Below the pieces are notes generated by a model, which did no database searches, was not told the DNA's origin, and saw nothing but the letters and a program-made list of their open reading frames with translations. From NCBI GenBank assembly GCA_907165135.1, contig OU015568.1, positions 6,324,001 to 6,388,000 of the forward strand: DNA of 64,000 nucleotides, in the 5' to 3' direction. This DNA comes from Oikopleura dioica (taxonomy: Eukaryota; Animalia; Chordata). The position numbers and the translations under genes were made by a program. This document shows, piece by piece, positions 1 to 17,760 of this stretch (positions are counted from its first letter, which is position 1; every line of letters begins with the position of its first letter).

Positions 1-99
1 GATTGAAATTTTGATTTGAAAAATAAATAAATGTAATATTTCTTTATAAAAACAATTTTTTCCAGTAAAATATCACAAAATTGCAGCGATTCTTCTTAA

Positions 100-214
100 G
101 GGGACCCCGAACGATATTCCGATTATATGAAAAATCCCTTAATTTCAATAGTATATGAATATATGGGATTAAAAGTGATATTTTGATTAACAGAAAATAT
201 CATCCTGGGTCCCC
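100..214. mobile_element. Short TTAA-flanked MITE (GGGGACCC...GGGTCCCC)
   Basis: TTAA|GGGGACCC at 96-107 and GGGTCCCC|TTAA at 207-218 form terminal inverted repeats with TTAA on both sides. Confidence 0.6.
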
Positions 215-1748
215 TTAATTTTAATTGGAAATAAGCATTAGAAGCCCTTAAAAATAAGCTTCCATTTTCAATAAAATTTGTTAGCCATTCCTGTTTGATG
301 ATAAAAAAAGTCTTCTTTTTCTTCAAATACAAATCTCTAGTCGATCGACTTTTCTAGTGACGATCAATTTTTTATCTTTAAAAAAAGGTATTTTTTACAA
401 TTAATTTCTGATGTTTCTTCGTGTTCCAGCAAAAGGTCACGAAGAATTTTCTTCTTTTTTTCTCTCTTTTTGGTATTTTTAAAATGGTCAATGTCAAACT
501 CCGGGATGAATTTTCAACGGAGGAGGAGAGAAAGAGCACGCGAGCGCGAGAATTTTCCTCCACCAGAGGGAGAGCGCCATCTGCACCGCCGCGGAACTTG
601 GTGCAACTTGCACCATTTTTTCCCTTAGAAGCGAAGCCGATTGGACAGAGTGGAGGGTGGAGGAGGTGGACTTGACTTTCTTTCTAGCGCGCTGTCAACT
701 TTTGAGATTGAACATGAAGTTAGACCATCACCGCGACTTTCCGGTCTAGTCAGCTCGATGATCTAGCTTCAATTATGAAGTTATTAAATGATTGGCAAGG
801 CAATTATGAAAAAAGAGAAGGGGGTAATTATTGGAGATTTAGACGTTTTGCTATCAATTATTATCAAGAAAGTCTGAAAATAAAGATTATTAAAGTCAGA
901 TGATAATATATAATATAATATAAAATTATAGTCAATGGCTTTATTTCTATGTTGTTGTTCATGGTGTTTTTTTAAAGTCAACCCTTTCTTCCTGCAAAAA
1001 TACATATTACCTCGTCAAAATTTGTTCTTTATGGTTTTTGAAAATTGATTGGAAGAAGGAAAAATTATATAACTAGAATTTCTCCTGCTAGAAATTATCA
1101 TCGACAAGCAGTATTCTGATGCTCTTGTTATTCCAAGAAATACCGGGAGTAACCTTCAGAGAAGAAGTGTTCCACAAGAAGTCGCTAAAAGCGATGACCC
1201 CTGCTCATTTCTTAGATAAGAGAGTAAATTCTGCGGTTTCTGGCTCATTTCTTTTTATCGCTCGTTCAAGTACTTCTTTCCTGACTTCCGGCGCTTTAGT
1301 TTTACTAAGTCCTTTTTCCAAAGAATTAAAAATGTTGTTAATTAGATCAGCTTCTAGATAGTTAAGAAACAAGTGATTTAATGATTTCATTTAATTTATA
1401 AGCCCCTATTTCATTATTTTGTAAGTCCGAAACTAGCTTTTTCCTGATTTCACAACAAACCCCGTACGTTGCATATTTCTTTCCCCAATATTTAGGTTTA
1501 CAATAAGGAAGGTCGGTTTCAATAAAAAAAATTAGTCTTTTTCGAAAATTGGATCAGAAATTAAATTTGGTTTTTGTTCGAAAGTTCACCAACTCGCAAC
1601 TGTTCCACATAATGCATTAACGTAGAATTAACCGTGAAAATATTGAGTTGCAAGAAAAATGATTCGTAAAGGATTTTACGATTCGGGAAGGATCAAAGAG
1701 GGATTAACGATAACAAAAGCAGAACTCTCAATTTATTGAAAGAGCTGC

Positions 1749-1846
1749 AAAAATCGAGAAGCCGCTTGCGGCTTCGAGTCAGCGAAAACATAAGCGGTTT
1801 TTTTTAGTTTCTTTAACTCGTAGCCGCAAGCGCCTTCTCGATTTTT
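1749..1846. repeat. Small inverted-repeat element with an AAGCCGC/GCGGCTT core
   Basis: AAAATCGAGAAGCCGCTTGCGGCTTCGAGT matches the reverse complement of ACTCGTAGCCGCAAGCGCCTTCTCGATTTT with 2 mismatches. Confidence 0.7.
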
Positions 1847-4039
1847 ACTGTACGTAGTACTGTTTTCAAAAAGTAAGCTCTGAATTATTTGAGCAGTTCA
1901 AGTTTTGATAATAACCTAGGGTAGAACCCTAATTTGCTTATTGTTAATTAGCCCCTTGAATATTTTATGAACAGAACTCAAAAGGCCTAAACGTGGTTCG
2001 AATAAGCTGTTGACGGTCATTACAGAAATGTCTGTTGCAAGCCTGGTTTTACATCTGTAACGGAAATGTTTCCTTGCAAGACTTATCACTAAATTTAGAC
2101 ATAAACACGCTTCGCATTCTATAATTTAGAGCCCAATTTTAAGCAAGAGTCAGGCTTTCTTCATCGGTGGTCGAAGCAAGAAAAGAGGCTTTGAGCCATT
2201 CTCAGCCGCAAATCCGATCAGATCTTGAAGCCCAAGTTCAAAATTCTCTGGACAAGCACTTGAGAAAAGCTTAACGAAAATTCCTTTTAGAAAAAAAAAA
2301 GTCTGATCGTCCACTTTTTTCAGTCCGCAAAAGAGGCGGTCAGACATACGATTTTAGACGAGACGGAGGAAACGCGCTAAATGGGCTTATCGGAACATAA
2401 TAATGACAGTGTCACGTAAATGTTACTGTAATTTAATGTGTCGCTTACGTATGTGGATTTTGAGTGGAAATAAACGCTCTAGTCGCAATTTCGGTTTATT
2501 AGCGCGGCGAAAATTTCGCAAAATGTCACAAGGGTTTCGAATTTGCCAGCGCCGCAGTTCTAAAACTAACACTTTTGCCCTTTCCAGCCCCTTTTTCAGG
2601 CTCAATACACGTCGTTAAGAGGCTCTAAGAGTATCAGCATTCAAATTTTTCGAGACGACTTTTTCTTCATATTTTTACAAGGCAAATTGATCAATTTAGA
2701 GTAGCATAAAGTTGAGTTCTATTGAGTTTGTCTTGAAGTGATGTCGAGAATAATTGTTTATCGATAAATAATTAGATCAAGAGGAAAATATTGACGAAAT
2801 TAGATGAGCAAAGTGCTCAGATTCTATATCTGTTCAAAACTTATTTTTAAAGTCAACATGAAAACAGATGAGATAAATAGTAAAAAACAAGAAAACTGTC
2901 GATTTTGCTATGATTCTCGATAATTTATCATCAGAAGAAACGCCGCTACATCTGCAAGATTTTGAGCTGATCAAAGAAGCAGGGGTCTTCGGAAATACTT
3001 TCGATGCAGCTGATGGTAATTGATGGAATTCGGGTATAAATGGGGGGAAGGAAGAGGGTTTGATCATTCTGATTTTGGATAAAATGAAGCTGAAAAAACG
3101 AAGAAGAAGCATTATTTTGCGATGATTAGCAAAGTACTGTTTTATTTTCATTTTGTAAATAACTATTATTCAATCCATTTCCATTTTCGCCCTTCTTTGC
3201 TACAACCTTCGAATAAAACAAAAAATCAACGAAAAAAAAACACTATCCGGCAGCGATTTGCATGACTTGATAACAGCAGGTAATGGTCCAGTTACTGGAC
3301 TCTATCAATTTTTTAGATCCAGTTTTATGATTGCAAATCCAGTCCAACGCACGACTTGTGCCTTTTATACTTGTCAAAATAAAATATATCTTTAAATAAT
3401 AAAGAAATTATTAATTTTTATTTCTCAAGGATTCATACACTTTTATCCAGCTCAAAACCGAGCTTGGAAGTTGTCTCTCTTATCAAATCCGTCGTCGCAA
3501 AACTTGAGCAAAACCGAGAATCGAAATAAGCATTTGAAATGCGATTCCTCGCGGATGTTATGTTTAATTAATGCCGCGGCCTGACATCGGAATTTCACCG
3601 AGTCGCGCCGCTAGTCAGATTCTGCACGTAAGACGTTCTCTGATGTCAGCCCTAGAAACTCGCATAATACTTTTCCAGGAACAAAGCGTGTAAAATCTAT
3701 CACGTGCTTCTTTCCTTTCCTAAAAAAGAGATGACTGGCCTTCTCAAAATTGCCGCAAAAGGGGGCGAAGCTGTTAGTGGAATTTTATCTACCGCAAATT
3801 CAGTGAAGCTTTATCTTTTCGAGTCCACTCTCAAAAATAAGTGGCCTACGATTTTAACGGTCTACGACTCTACGTTTTCTTTTCTCCATTACTTCAGTTA
3901 CGCGTCTCAAAGAATGGTCTTTCAGCCAAGGGGTTTTTAGAAACGCCTTTGTTGATCAAGATTGTTCAGTAGACTGTTTTCTAAACAGTAGGACCATTCT
4001 TTTTACAGTGCTTTTCTTGTTATTGACTGAGGAGCTTTA

Positions 4040-4262
4040 GGGTGTCAACAACGATTTTGGGCATATTTCCATACACTTTTACAGAATTATTTTGTCGACT
4101 CATAAGACAGACCCTTCTCTTATCGTTGTTGACACCCTTAAATGAAAAGCCACGTAGCGGCTTTTTAAAAAAACGAAGCCGCAAAGCGGCTTCGCCAGTG
4201 TTTAAAAATAGATTTAAAATATCTTGTTTTCTAAAAAGCCGCTACGCGGCTTTTCGCCTAAG
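4040..4262. mobile_element. GGGTGTCAACA-type TTAA MITE (4040-4137) inserted in the arm of a hairpin-core MITE (4141-4262)
   Basis: TIR GGGTGTCAACAAC/GTTGTTGACACCC, followed by four AAGCC(G/A)C-N3-GCGGCTT hairpins; a close relative lies at 54711-54782. Confidence 0.75.
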
Positions 4263-6738
4263 CTATTCAATTTTAAGAATCTTTTAAAAAACTGACTCAG
4301 GCTTTGTTATTCATACTAATATTTTTTGAATAAGAGCGTTTTTGAAATTGAATGCGTGAAAAGTACTCTCCCATCTGTGTTTTTTGAAAATGGGCGATAA
4401 TGTAACGTTTGGACGATGATCGTGTCATTTTTTAATTATTTGGTGTGTTCGTTTTCGATTAGGGCGGCGCATTCGACCCCTGGCAAATTGAAGCGAACAG
4501 CTGAAAGCGCTAAAATGCACAAAAATGACTAAAAACGGCACGGAGTATAAATTATTCAAAATTTGCTGTCTTCACCATCCGCTACCAAGCCGCGTACTTA
4601 CTATCTTCTTTTCTGTTTAAAACTACGGTATGAGGATAACTGAAATAAGTAATCAGTACGTTATGTTTAATCCTGGGTTCCGTTAGAAGATTCTTGGGGC
4701 GCTGAGTCCAGCTGCTTCAGATTTGGGCACAGTAGACTCGGCGGGGGAGGGTGACGCAGCGGGGCGCAAAGGATGCTGACAGATAAACTACAACTCGACG
4801 GACTAAAGGTCAAGGCTAATCAATGAAGATAGAAAATTTTAGCATAATGCTAAAAAAGGTTCGATTTGTAGCTGAATTCCGGTTTAGCGAAAAATAATAG
4901 CTAAAAAATTACTTTCTAAATGATAAATATAAGGGTGTCACTAATCTAATTCCTTGGCTATTTTTTCTAAGGCAAAACGGGTCTTCTCTTTCCAATCCAC
5001 ATTGAAATAGATATTTAGCTTGAGTAAGCCGCGTAGTTTGGACAGAAAGCGTCAATTTCATTCCGGCTCTAGTCCCCTAGTCCTTAGTTAGTAGCTAGTC
5101 CTCAGTCCGGCCGGATTGAAACTTGAAGTCTTGAGGTGTCTCTATCCAAACACAGGTTCACCTGATTTCCGGAAGATCCTCCTCCTTCTCATTTTATCCG
5201 GAAGCTGATTTTGTCGCTGCTAGAATGAATGAGCTGGTGTTCAGCAGATCTCCCGCAGAGTGAAGAAAGGGATCGATAACTAGCCCTATCTCTTCGGAGA
5301 TTGCGAGCCCAGACTAGCCCAGCACGGAGCCCAAACTGAACTGCAGATTAACACACTTCCGTTTACGCGTCGATACACCTCTTTACTAATTGCTCTCTCT
5401 TCTCACGTGATCTCTCTGAGAAGAGAGAGAGTCCTCTCTATCACAGGGGGGAGAGTTCCTTATTGGAAGATAGAAATTGTGATTTCGTCATTTGAGCTGT
5501 TCTAAGAGCTAGTTTTAAAAGTTTTGCGAACGAGAGGTCCACTTGAGTTTTGACATTTCAAAAAGCAGTTGCAAAGTGCCACCAGGGCTGAGCCCCGCTT
5601 TCGCTGAATTTTTGTTACTAGAAATACACGCATAAACATATTTTCGTTTATTTGTAAACGAATTATATTCAGAAGTCTACTTTTGTAGAGAAATTTCAAA
5701 TTTTGTGTACAAAGTTGTTGAGAAATCCCGTTTTAGGAAGGATTGAGCCAACGGTTCTTATGTTAATTAAAGCAGGAATAAATTTGTTTTTGAATGAGGA
5801 TCAACTTGTTTTCGCGTAATTAATCCCGCTCCGAGCAGGGCGAAAAAAGTCGATAGCTTCATCGAACTTTTCCTCTTTTTTCTCGCACCTGTTAGTTTTT
5901 GGGGAGACACCCTTAATTGCCTTTCTAAGAAAAATAAGTCCACTTGCGAGAACAAATGGAAATATCTTCGTGTTCCATTTCTATTTCTGTGGCGATCGTA
6001 CTGACGAATGTTTATCACGTTGTGGCGAGATGAGGTGGTCGCTATTCTCGTCCTCCTAAACGACGAAAATATATTCCACGAATATTTTTGCGGCTTCGTC
6101 GTTTTTTCTCAAAATGGTAAAAACTGAACGGAACATGCATGTCGTTTGATTAATAGCAGTGAAAACAAGAAGAGTCGTCTGTGATAATCAAAATAATTGA
6201 ATTCAAAAATGATCTGCTAAATCTACCAGAAGAACAATGTTGATCCTTCATCAGGCATAATCGACTATTTAGGAAATAAGGGGGCAAATGTAAGTATAAT
6301 TTAAGGATTTCTATTTGCTTTTGTGGGGATACCCTTAATCTTTTCGAGGTCTACTGGGGCTAGGAATAGGGGAAATCGCTCATCTTTTTTTTTAAGGGAG
6401 GGATACCCTTAATAATTTTCTTTGTATGAACTTCTGAGAATGCTGATTTTTCTTTAGTAATTAGTTAATAGAATAAGTTAAATGTTCCATAAACTGTCAT
6501 CTGATAATCCCTGACTCTTGCCCTTCCCCGCGGCGTGTGACCAATCGGACGCGGCGTACAGCTCGATGGCGCGCGCGAGTAAGTGCGCCACCGCGTGGGC
6601 CGAATCCGCTGAAGCGAACGGATTTCATTGCCCCGGGCTTGTGAATCAGAGCTGCGCGAAATCGAGCACGAGAGAATCATTCGAGACTAGTGCGATTGCA
6701 TTCACGGGCGACAGAATTATTAAATCTATTCCGGAACG

Positions 6739-12618
<5,880 letters not shown>

Positions 12619-12914
12619 ACAGCTCGGCGAGTACGTTTGTTTATTTAATGTTCATAACAGTACATATACATATACAGTTGTACATAAACATTCTTGTCCG
12701 AACTAGCATCTTTTCTCACTGTTCAAGAGTAAATGAAAAATGAAAAATAACGCTTGGGAAATTTCAGCGGAAATTCGTGACGAATAAAAGACGGCCAAAA
12801 TGAGATGAGCCCCTGTATTTAGTACCGCAAAAGGTTTTCCTGAGACTCGCTGCTGAATATTGAGTGGCTCATTCATTGCAGGTATTCCAGACTTTGGCGA
12901 CTACCGGGCTATTT

Positions 12915-14570
12915 AGGGCGAAATTGAGCATTTTTCTGTCTACTTTTTGCGGAAAAACAGGTGTTCTGGGTCTATTTTTTCTCCATTGGAGCTTGTTTTC
13001 ATTTTTATCAAAAAATGGGCTACTCCTGGATCGCCCAGAATCCTGGATCGCCCAAATCCTGAATCGCCCGATTTCCTGGATCGCCCGGATCGGGGGATTC
13101 AGGATTCTGGGGGATCAGGGATTCTGGGGGATCAAGGATCGGGCGAATCAGGATTTTGAATTATTCAAAGTTTCAGTTAAAAATTTCTGTTTCCTCTTCA
13201 AAAATAATACAATAAGAACTTTACTGCACGATATTTTTCATTACAATAAATAAGTTTGGGGTTCTCCACTTTGTGTCGGGGTCAAAACTTCGCACCTGGA
13301 GAATACGGACAGGATCTCCAGCCGAGCAAATAGGATGCAAGAGCCCGCCGACAAGCGCTAACCCCTGCAGAGACTGCTCCTGCGCAGAATCGGAGCTACA
13401 CCCGGCACGAGATGTGTAAGCCATTGAGTAAATATGATCAAAGGGCACATTAACCCCAAGATCAAGACCAAGCTCAGCTGCGGATAAGCCTCAAAAGTGA
13501 GGATAAGGAAGACTGAAAAATGGAAATGTATAAAAATTTGCTCAATGGGGTAATTGAGGGCGTAGATTTCGATTTTGAAGTAAAAATTGGCGTTCAATGT
13601 CAAATAAGCTAAGAGCAGGATTTTTTATAAAGATTACTGCCCTGATTTATAAAGGTATTATCTGGATCATGAGGGGCATTAATCGCTATAATAATTACTG
13701 CCTGCTGGAGCTTTTATCATAAAAAGGCGTTTGATCATCTAAGCACAGCTTCGTCACGCTCTCCATATCTTGAGAAAATACCTTAAAAAATTTGGGCAGT
13801 AATCTTTGTAGAATCCTGCCCCAAGAATATTGGACATTTAAAGCCAATTTTGACTTCAAAATCGGATTCTACTCCCTCGATTACCCCACTGAGCGAATTT
13901 TAACCAATTTCTATTTTTAAGTCTTCCATATATTCTTTTTTGAGGCTTATTCGGGGCTGAGCTTGATCATGATCTTGAGCTCAATTTGCCCTGTGAATCA
14001 CAGGCTGTGATCATATTTACTCAATGGCTAACACATCTCGTGCCGATTGCAGCTCCGATTTTGCGCTGAGAGCAGTCTCTGCAGGAGTTAGCAAATGTCG
14101 ACGGGCCCTTCCATCCTATTTGCTCGGCTGGAGATTCTGCCCGTATTCTCCAGGTGCGAAGTTTTGACCCCGACACTAAGTGGAGTGTGCCATAAATTTG
14201 AAACTAAATAAATAGAACTTTCAACTAAGTTTTACGGCTATTTTTGGACGGAAGATTTCAAAAACCGACTTTTCTCATGAGGCAGGGATTAATAATTCAT
14301 TCAATCCTCTTTCATTATCAACTCAAAATTTATTTTCAAAATCTTCGTGTGAAAATCCTTGATCGCCCTGAATTCCTGGATCCCCCAGAATCCTGAATCC
14401 CCCGATCCGGGCGATCCAGGAAATCGGGCGATTCAGGATTTGGGCGATCCAGGATTCTGGGCGATCCAGGAGTAGCCCAAAAAATGAGCAAAAAGGAGAG
14501 ACAGTCGAAACCGGAGACTGTGCGATTAGTACTAATCTCAAAAAGAAGCGTCATTCAATTTCGCTGAGAT
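12915..14570. mobile_element. ~1.6-kb compound foldback: perfect 101-bp outer arms (13016-13116 / 14379-14479), diverged ~380-bp inner arms (13265-13642 / 13794-14185)
   Basis: Outer arms are exact reverse complements built of ATCCTGGATCGCCC subrepeats. Inner arms align as reverse complements with many substitutions around a ~150-bp spacer. Confidence 0.9.
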
Positions 14571-14887
14571 GGCTCAATCTGTCCATCCGGCTTTAACTTC
14601 ACGGGGCTACTCGGAAAAGGGGATTGAGAATCATCATCGCAAGCGCACAAGCGCAAAATGTTAAAGCTCAATTATACTGAAGAATGCGCGCTGTCATTGT
14701 AAATCCTTTCTGCTGACGTGCGTAACTGTCTTTCGAAATTTAATAAGTAACTAATAGACTAGTCATTCTTTGAACTTTTGAAGATTGTATTTTGATAGAT
14801 AAATGAACTGTAATTGCACTGGCAGGAATATGCAAAAGAAAGTAAGTAAATGAAAAAAATGATATGGAAAAAATAGGGTCGATAAAT

Positions 14888-17367
14888 TCACAAAATTAAA
14901 TATTGAAATCGTCTTTTTTTCAGAAGTTGAGCTGCTCGTTTTGAGAATTCACGCTGTTCAGCTTTTGCCTGTTGTTGGAGAAGCTTGTTGCTCCGTTGTC
15001 TTAAGATTTTTGTTACAAAATGTGGAGGGGAAAATGATTACCGGGGTTTTTGTCAGGAATTTCGTCGAGCCAGGCTTGAATGTCGGAGAGTCCTGAATAT
15101 CTTGTGTTAGCATATCTTTTTTTCACCCAAAAATTACCCTGAATTGGCGCCGGCGTTTTAGACTGAGGTATCTGATTGGTGCCATAGGTGGAGAAGTTTG
15201 TTCCCTGAATGATGATTTACGCTTCTGTTGATGGTTTGTTTTACTTACTTGGTTGTTTGTTGGGCTTCGAAGTCCAGCGGGAAGGGGCATTGGAGACATG
15301 GACGGCATTGGGACATTCAACTGGCCAGTGTAGGTCGGGCTCATGTTAGTGATGTCATACTGGATTGGAGGTGGACTCTGGAAGCCGTTTTGCTCAGCGG
15401 AAGTTCCAGGCTGGGTGTTGATCCAATCGCCCGTTCGCATCATTGAACTCTGTTGCTGGACTCTGTCATAATCAGGAAGCTAGAAAAACTGCTGAAAAAG
15501 GGCTGGCAAACGGAAGCGCAAACCTTCAACCATTGGCCACTTCCAGATTTTTGATAGTAGCCGTTGTTCTGAAGAGCTCGCATTCTCTCTTCTGGTGTTG
15601 GAGCGTGATCCTGATTTTTTTGGAGCGTCACCGTTGGCTGCGAATTTGTAGCGAAGTTGATGGGCTGCACTTGCGGCTGAGAGTAGCTCCCCGGCGGGAG
15701 AATGAATTCCTCACAGGGTGGCATATCCATATGATCTGGCAGCGGATGGGCAGGCTCCATTCCCTGACAAAAAGGTAAAATTCATCAAGAAAGCTTTAGT
15801 TTACCTCCAGAATGCCGCGCTCTTGAATGAGTTTGTTGCGAGCCTCGCCAACTTCAAGCTGCTTTTCTGAAAAAATCACTAGTCAAAAATTGCAATCAAG
15901 GAAGAGTACTGACCTTTTTCTCGAGAAGATCCAGAGCGCAAAATGTGGACCAAAAGATCAGGACGGTTTTTCATAAAGAAGCCATCTTTGTGAACATAAT
16001 GGCTGAAGTGATTTGGGTCGCTTCCAGTTTCCTCGCGTCGTTTTCTGAATTTTATTTAGGGAAAAAATTAGTAAGAGGGAAAACCTGAAGCCATAAAGAT
16101 TTAATTGACGAATGAAGCTAGGAAATTCTTTCGTCTGAATTGGCGCCTTTTCCTCCTTCGACAGTTTCAAAAACTGGTGGTCGAAGGCTTCGCGCTCGAT
16201 GATAAAATGATCCCCTTTCGAGTTCCAGTTGATCGAGTCAAACGACTCGTCGTTGAGGACTTCGAAGAGCTTGCTCACGAACGGCTGAATCTCGCACTTG
16301 CCAAGTGCTTCCTGAAATTTGTTAAGATGCATCTAACGGATTGTTTTTCTACCTTTTTCAAAGCAGCTTTGGATCCCTTTGGCGCTCTTTTTGTGAGAGC
16401 TTTCTTGCCAGTTCCTCTTGCTTTTCGGACAGGATTCTTCCTCTTCAGAAGCTGTTTTTCGGTAAATTCAGGGTCAGAATCTTCGGATTGATTCTTCGCT
16501 GTTCTTTGGCGGGTGCCTCGTCGATTTCCAAATCCTTGAAGCGCCTTAATACTTGTTTTAGAAGTTAGAACGTAGTTCGATGATTCTTACAGCTGTGGCG
16601 ATATTGGCGATCATCACATTCACTTGGGTTTGAGTCGCATCCATTGTGATTTGATACTCGTAATCGTCCACTGGCTCGGTCTTGACCTGATCCATGAATT
16701 CTTCGAAATCATCGTAATCTTCAGGCTGGTTTTCTTTATTCGAATCCGGCCGGGCGTTGATGGGACTGTCAGACTGGTCGACCTCAGGTGGAGTTGGTAC
16801 GAAGCCGTCGCCAACCGCGTTTTCTTCAGGAAGGCTGTCAGAAGATTTTGCTTTCTCGGAAATTTTCGGCGAAGGATTGGTCCTCGACCCATTTGATGCG
16901 TCGCCCAAAACAGCTGTCGTCTTCGGTTGGAGGGTTTTCTGCTCAACTGGCTCTGTATTTTTACAAACTTGAGTTTTGGGAGCAGACTTTTCTTTGGGCG
17001 TTTTCTTTGGTGGCTTCGATTCCTTCTTGGCTTTTGGCTCTTTGGTGGGCTTGGTTTTCGCATCCTTCTTAGCCTTTGGCTCTTTCTTGGACTTTGGTTC
17101 ATTCTTAGCCTTCTCCACTTTTGCGCGTTTCGCTTTGGCACCCACTCTTTTTCCCTGTAATCATTCAATAACTGAAATCGCCCTATGCTTTACCTGAGGA
17201 ATGTCATTAGACGGGACAGTGTTACCAAACGGCTTTGGAGCAGTTCTCTTCCTTGTCGTCCGCCGGAGAGAAGCTCCTGCTTGCTCCTCTTTTTGCTGAG
17301 GGCATTCGTCAATGTTCCCCTCGTCTGAGTTCTCTTTTTGATTTCCACCCTTCGCTGAAACTTTCAT
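14888..17367 (-). CDS. Heat-shock-factor (HSF) DNA-binding-domain protein with a long Lys-rich N-terminus; about 11 exons, 39-47 bp introns
   Basis: Exons 16311-16085 and 16044-15914 splice to QPFVSKLFEVLNDESFDSINWNSKGDHFII...KEFPSFIRQLNLYGFRKRR...FSHYVHKDGFFMKNRPDLLVHILR, an HSF winged-helix domain. Upstream exons are joined by canonical GT-AG introns. The last 2-3 exons are less certain. Confidence 0.85.
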
Positions 17368-17760
17368 AATTGATGAAAAAAGATCGATTCCGAATAAAAA
17401 TGAGCTGACAATAACAAATTTGCTCCGGTTCCGCCACCACTCTAGAGAGAAATTCCACGCCGGAACTCAACAACAACGCGAAAAAGGGATGTTCCCAAGT
17501 CTCATAGACGCTTTTGGCGATAAAACAGTAAGTTATGTAATAAAATTTATGATTTTGGAGCGTCTCCCAGATGATAAAAGCCGTTTTCGTGTTTTTATGT
17601 CTGCTAGACTTGACTGTAATTCAACGGTGGAAATAATTTTATTTTCTTGCTGGTCTCAAAGACTGGACCAAAACTGTAATTGCTTGTTATAACTTTATTA
17701 GTAGCGTGAATAAAATAATGCAGGTGAGAAAGTGAAGTTGGCAGTAGTGAAAACTTTGAA

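Noticed and set aside
2910-3016. Possible exon MILDNLSSEETPLHLQDFELIKEAG...
   Set aside because: Short; flanking frames contain stops and there is no convincing partner exon.
12864-14554. Duplicated ORFs LLLDRPESWIAQILNRP... on opposite strands
   Set aside because: They are translations of the two arms of the inverted repeat, with no domain or splice support.
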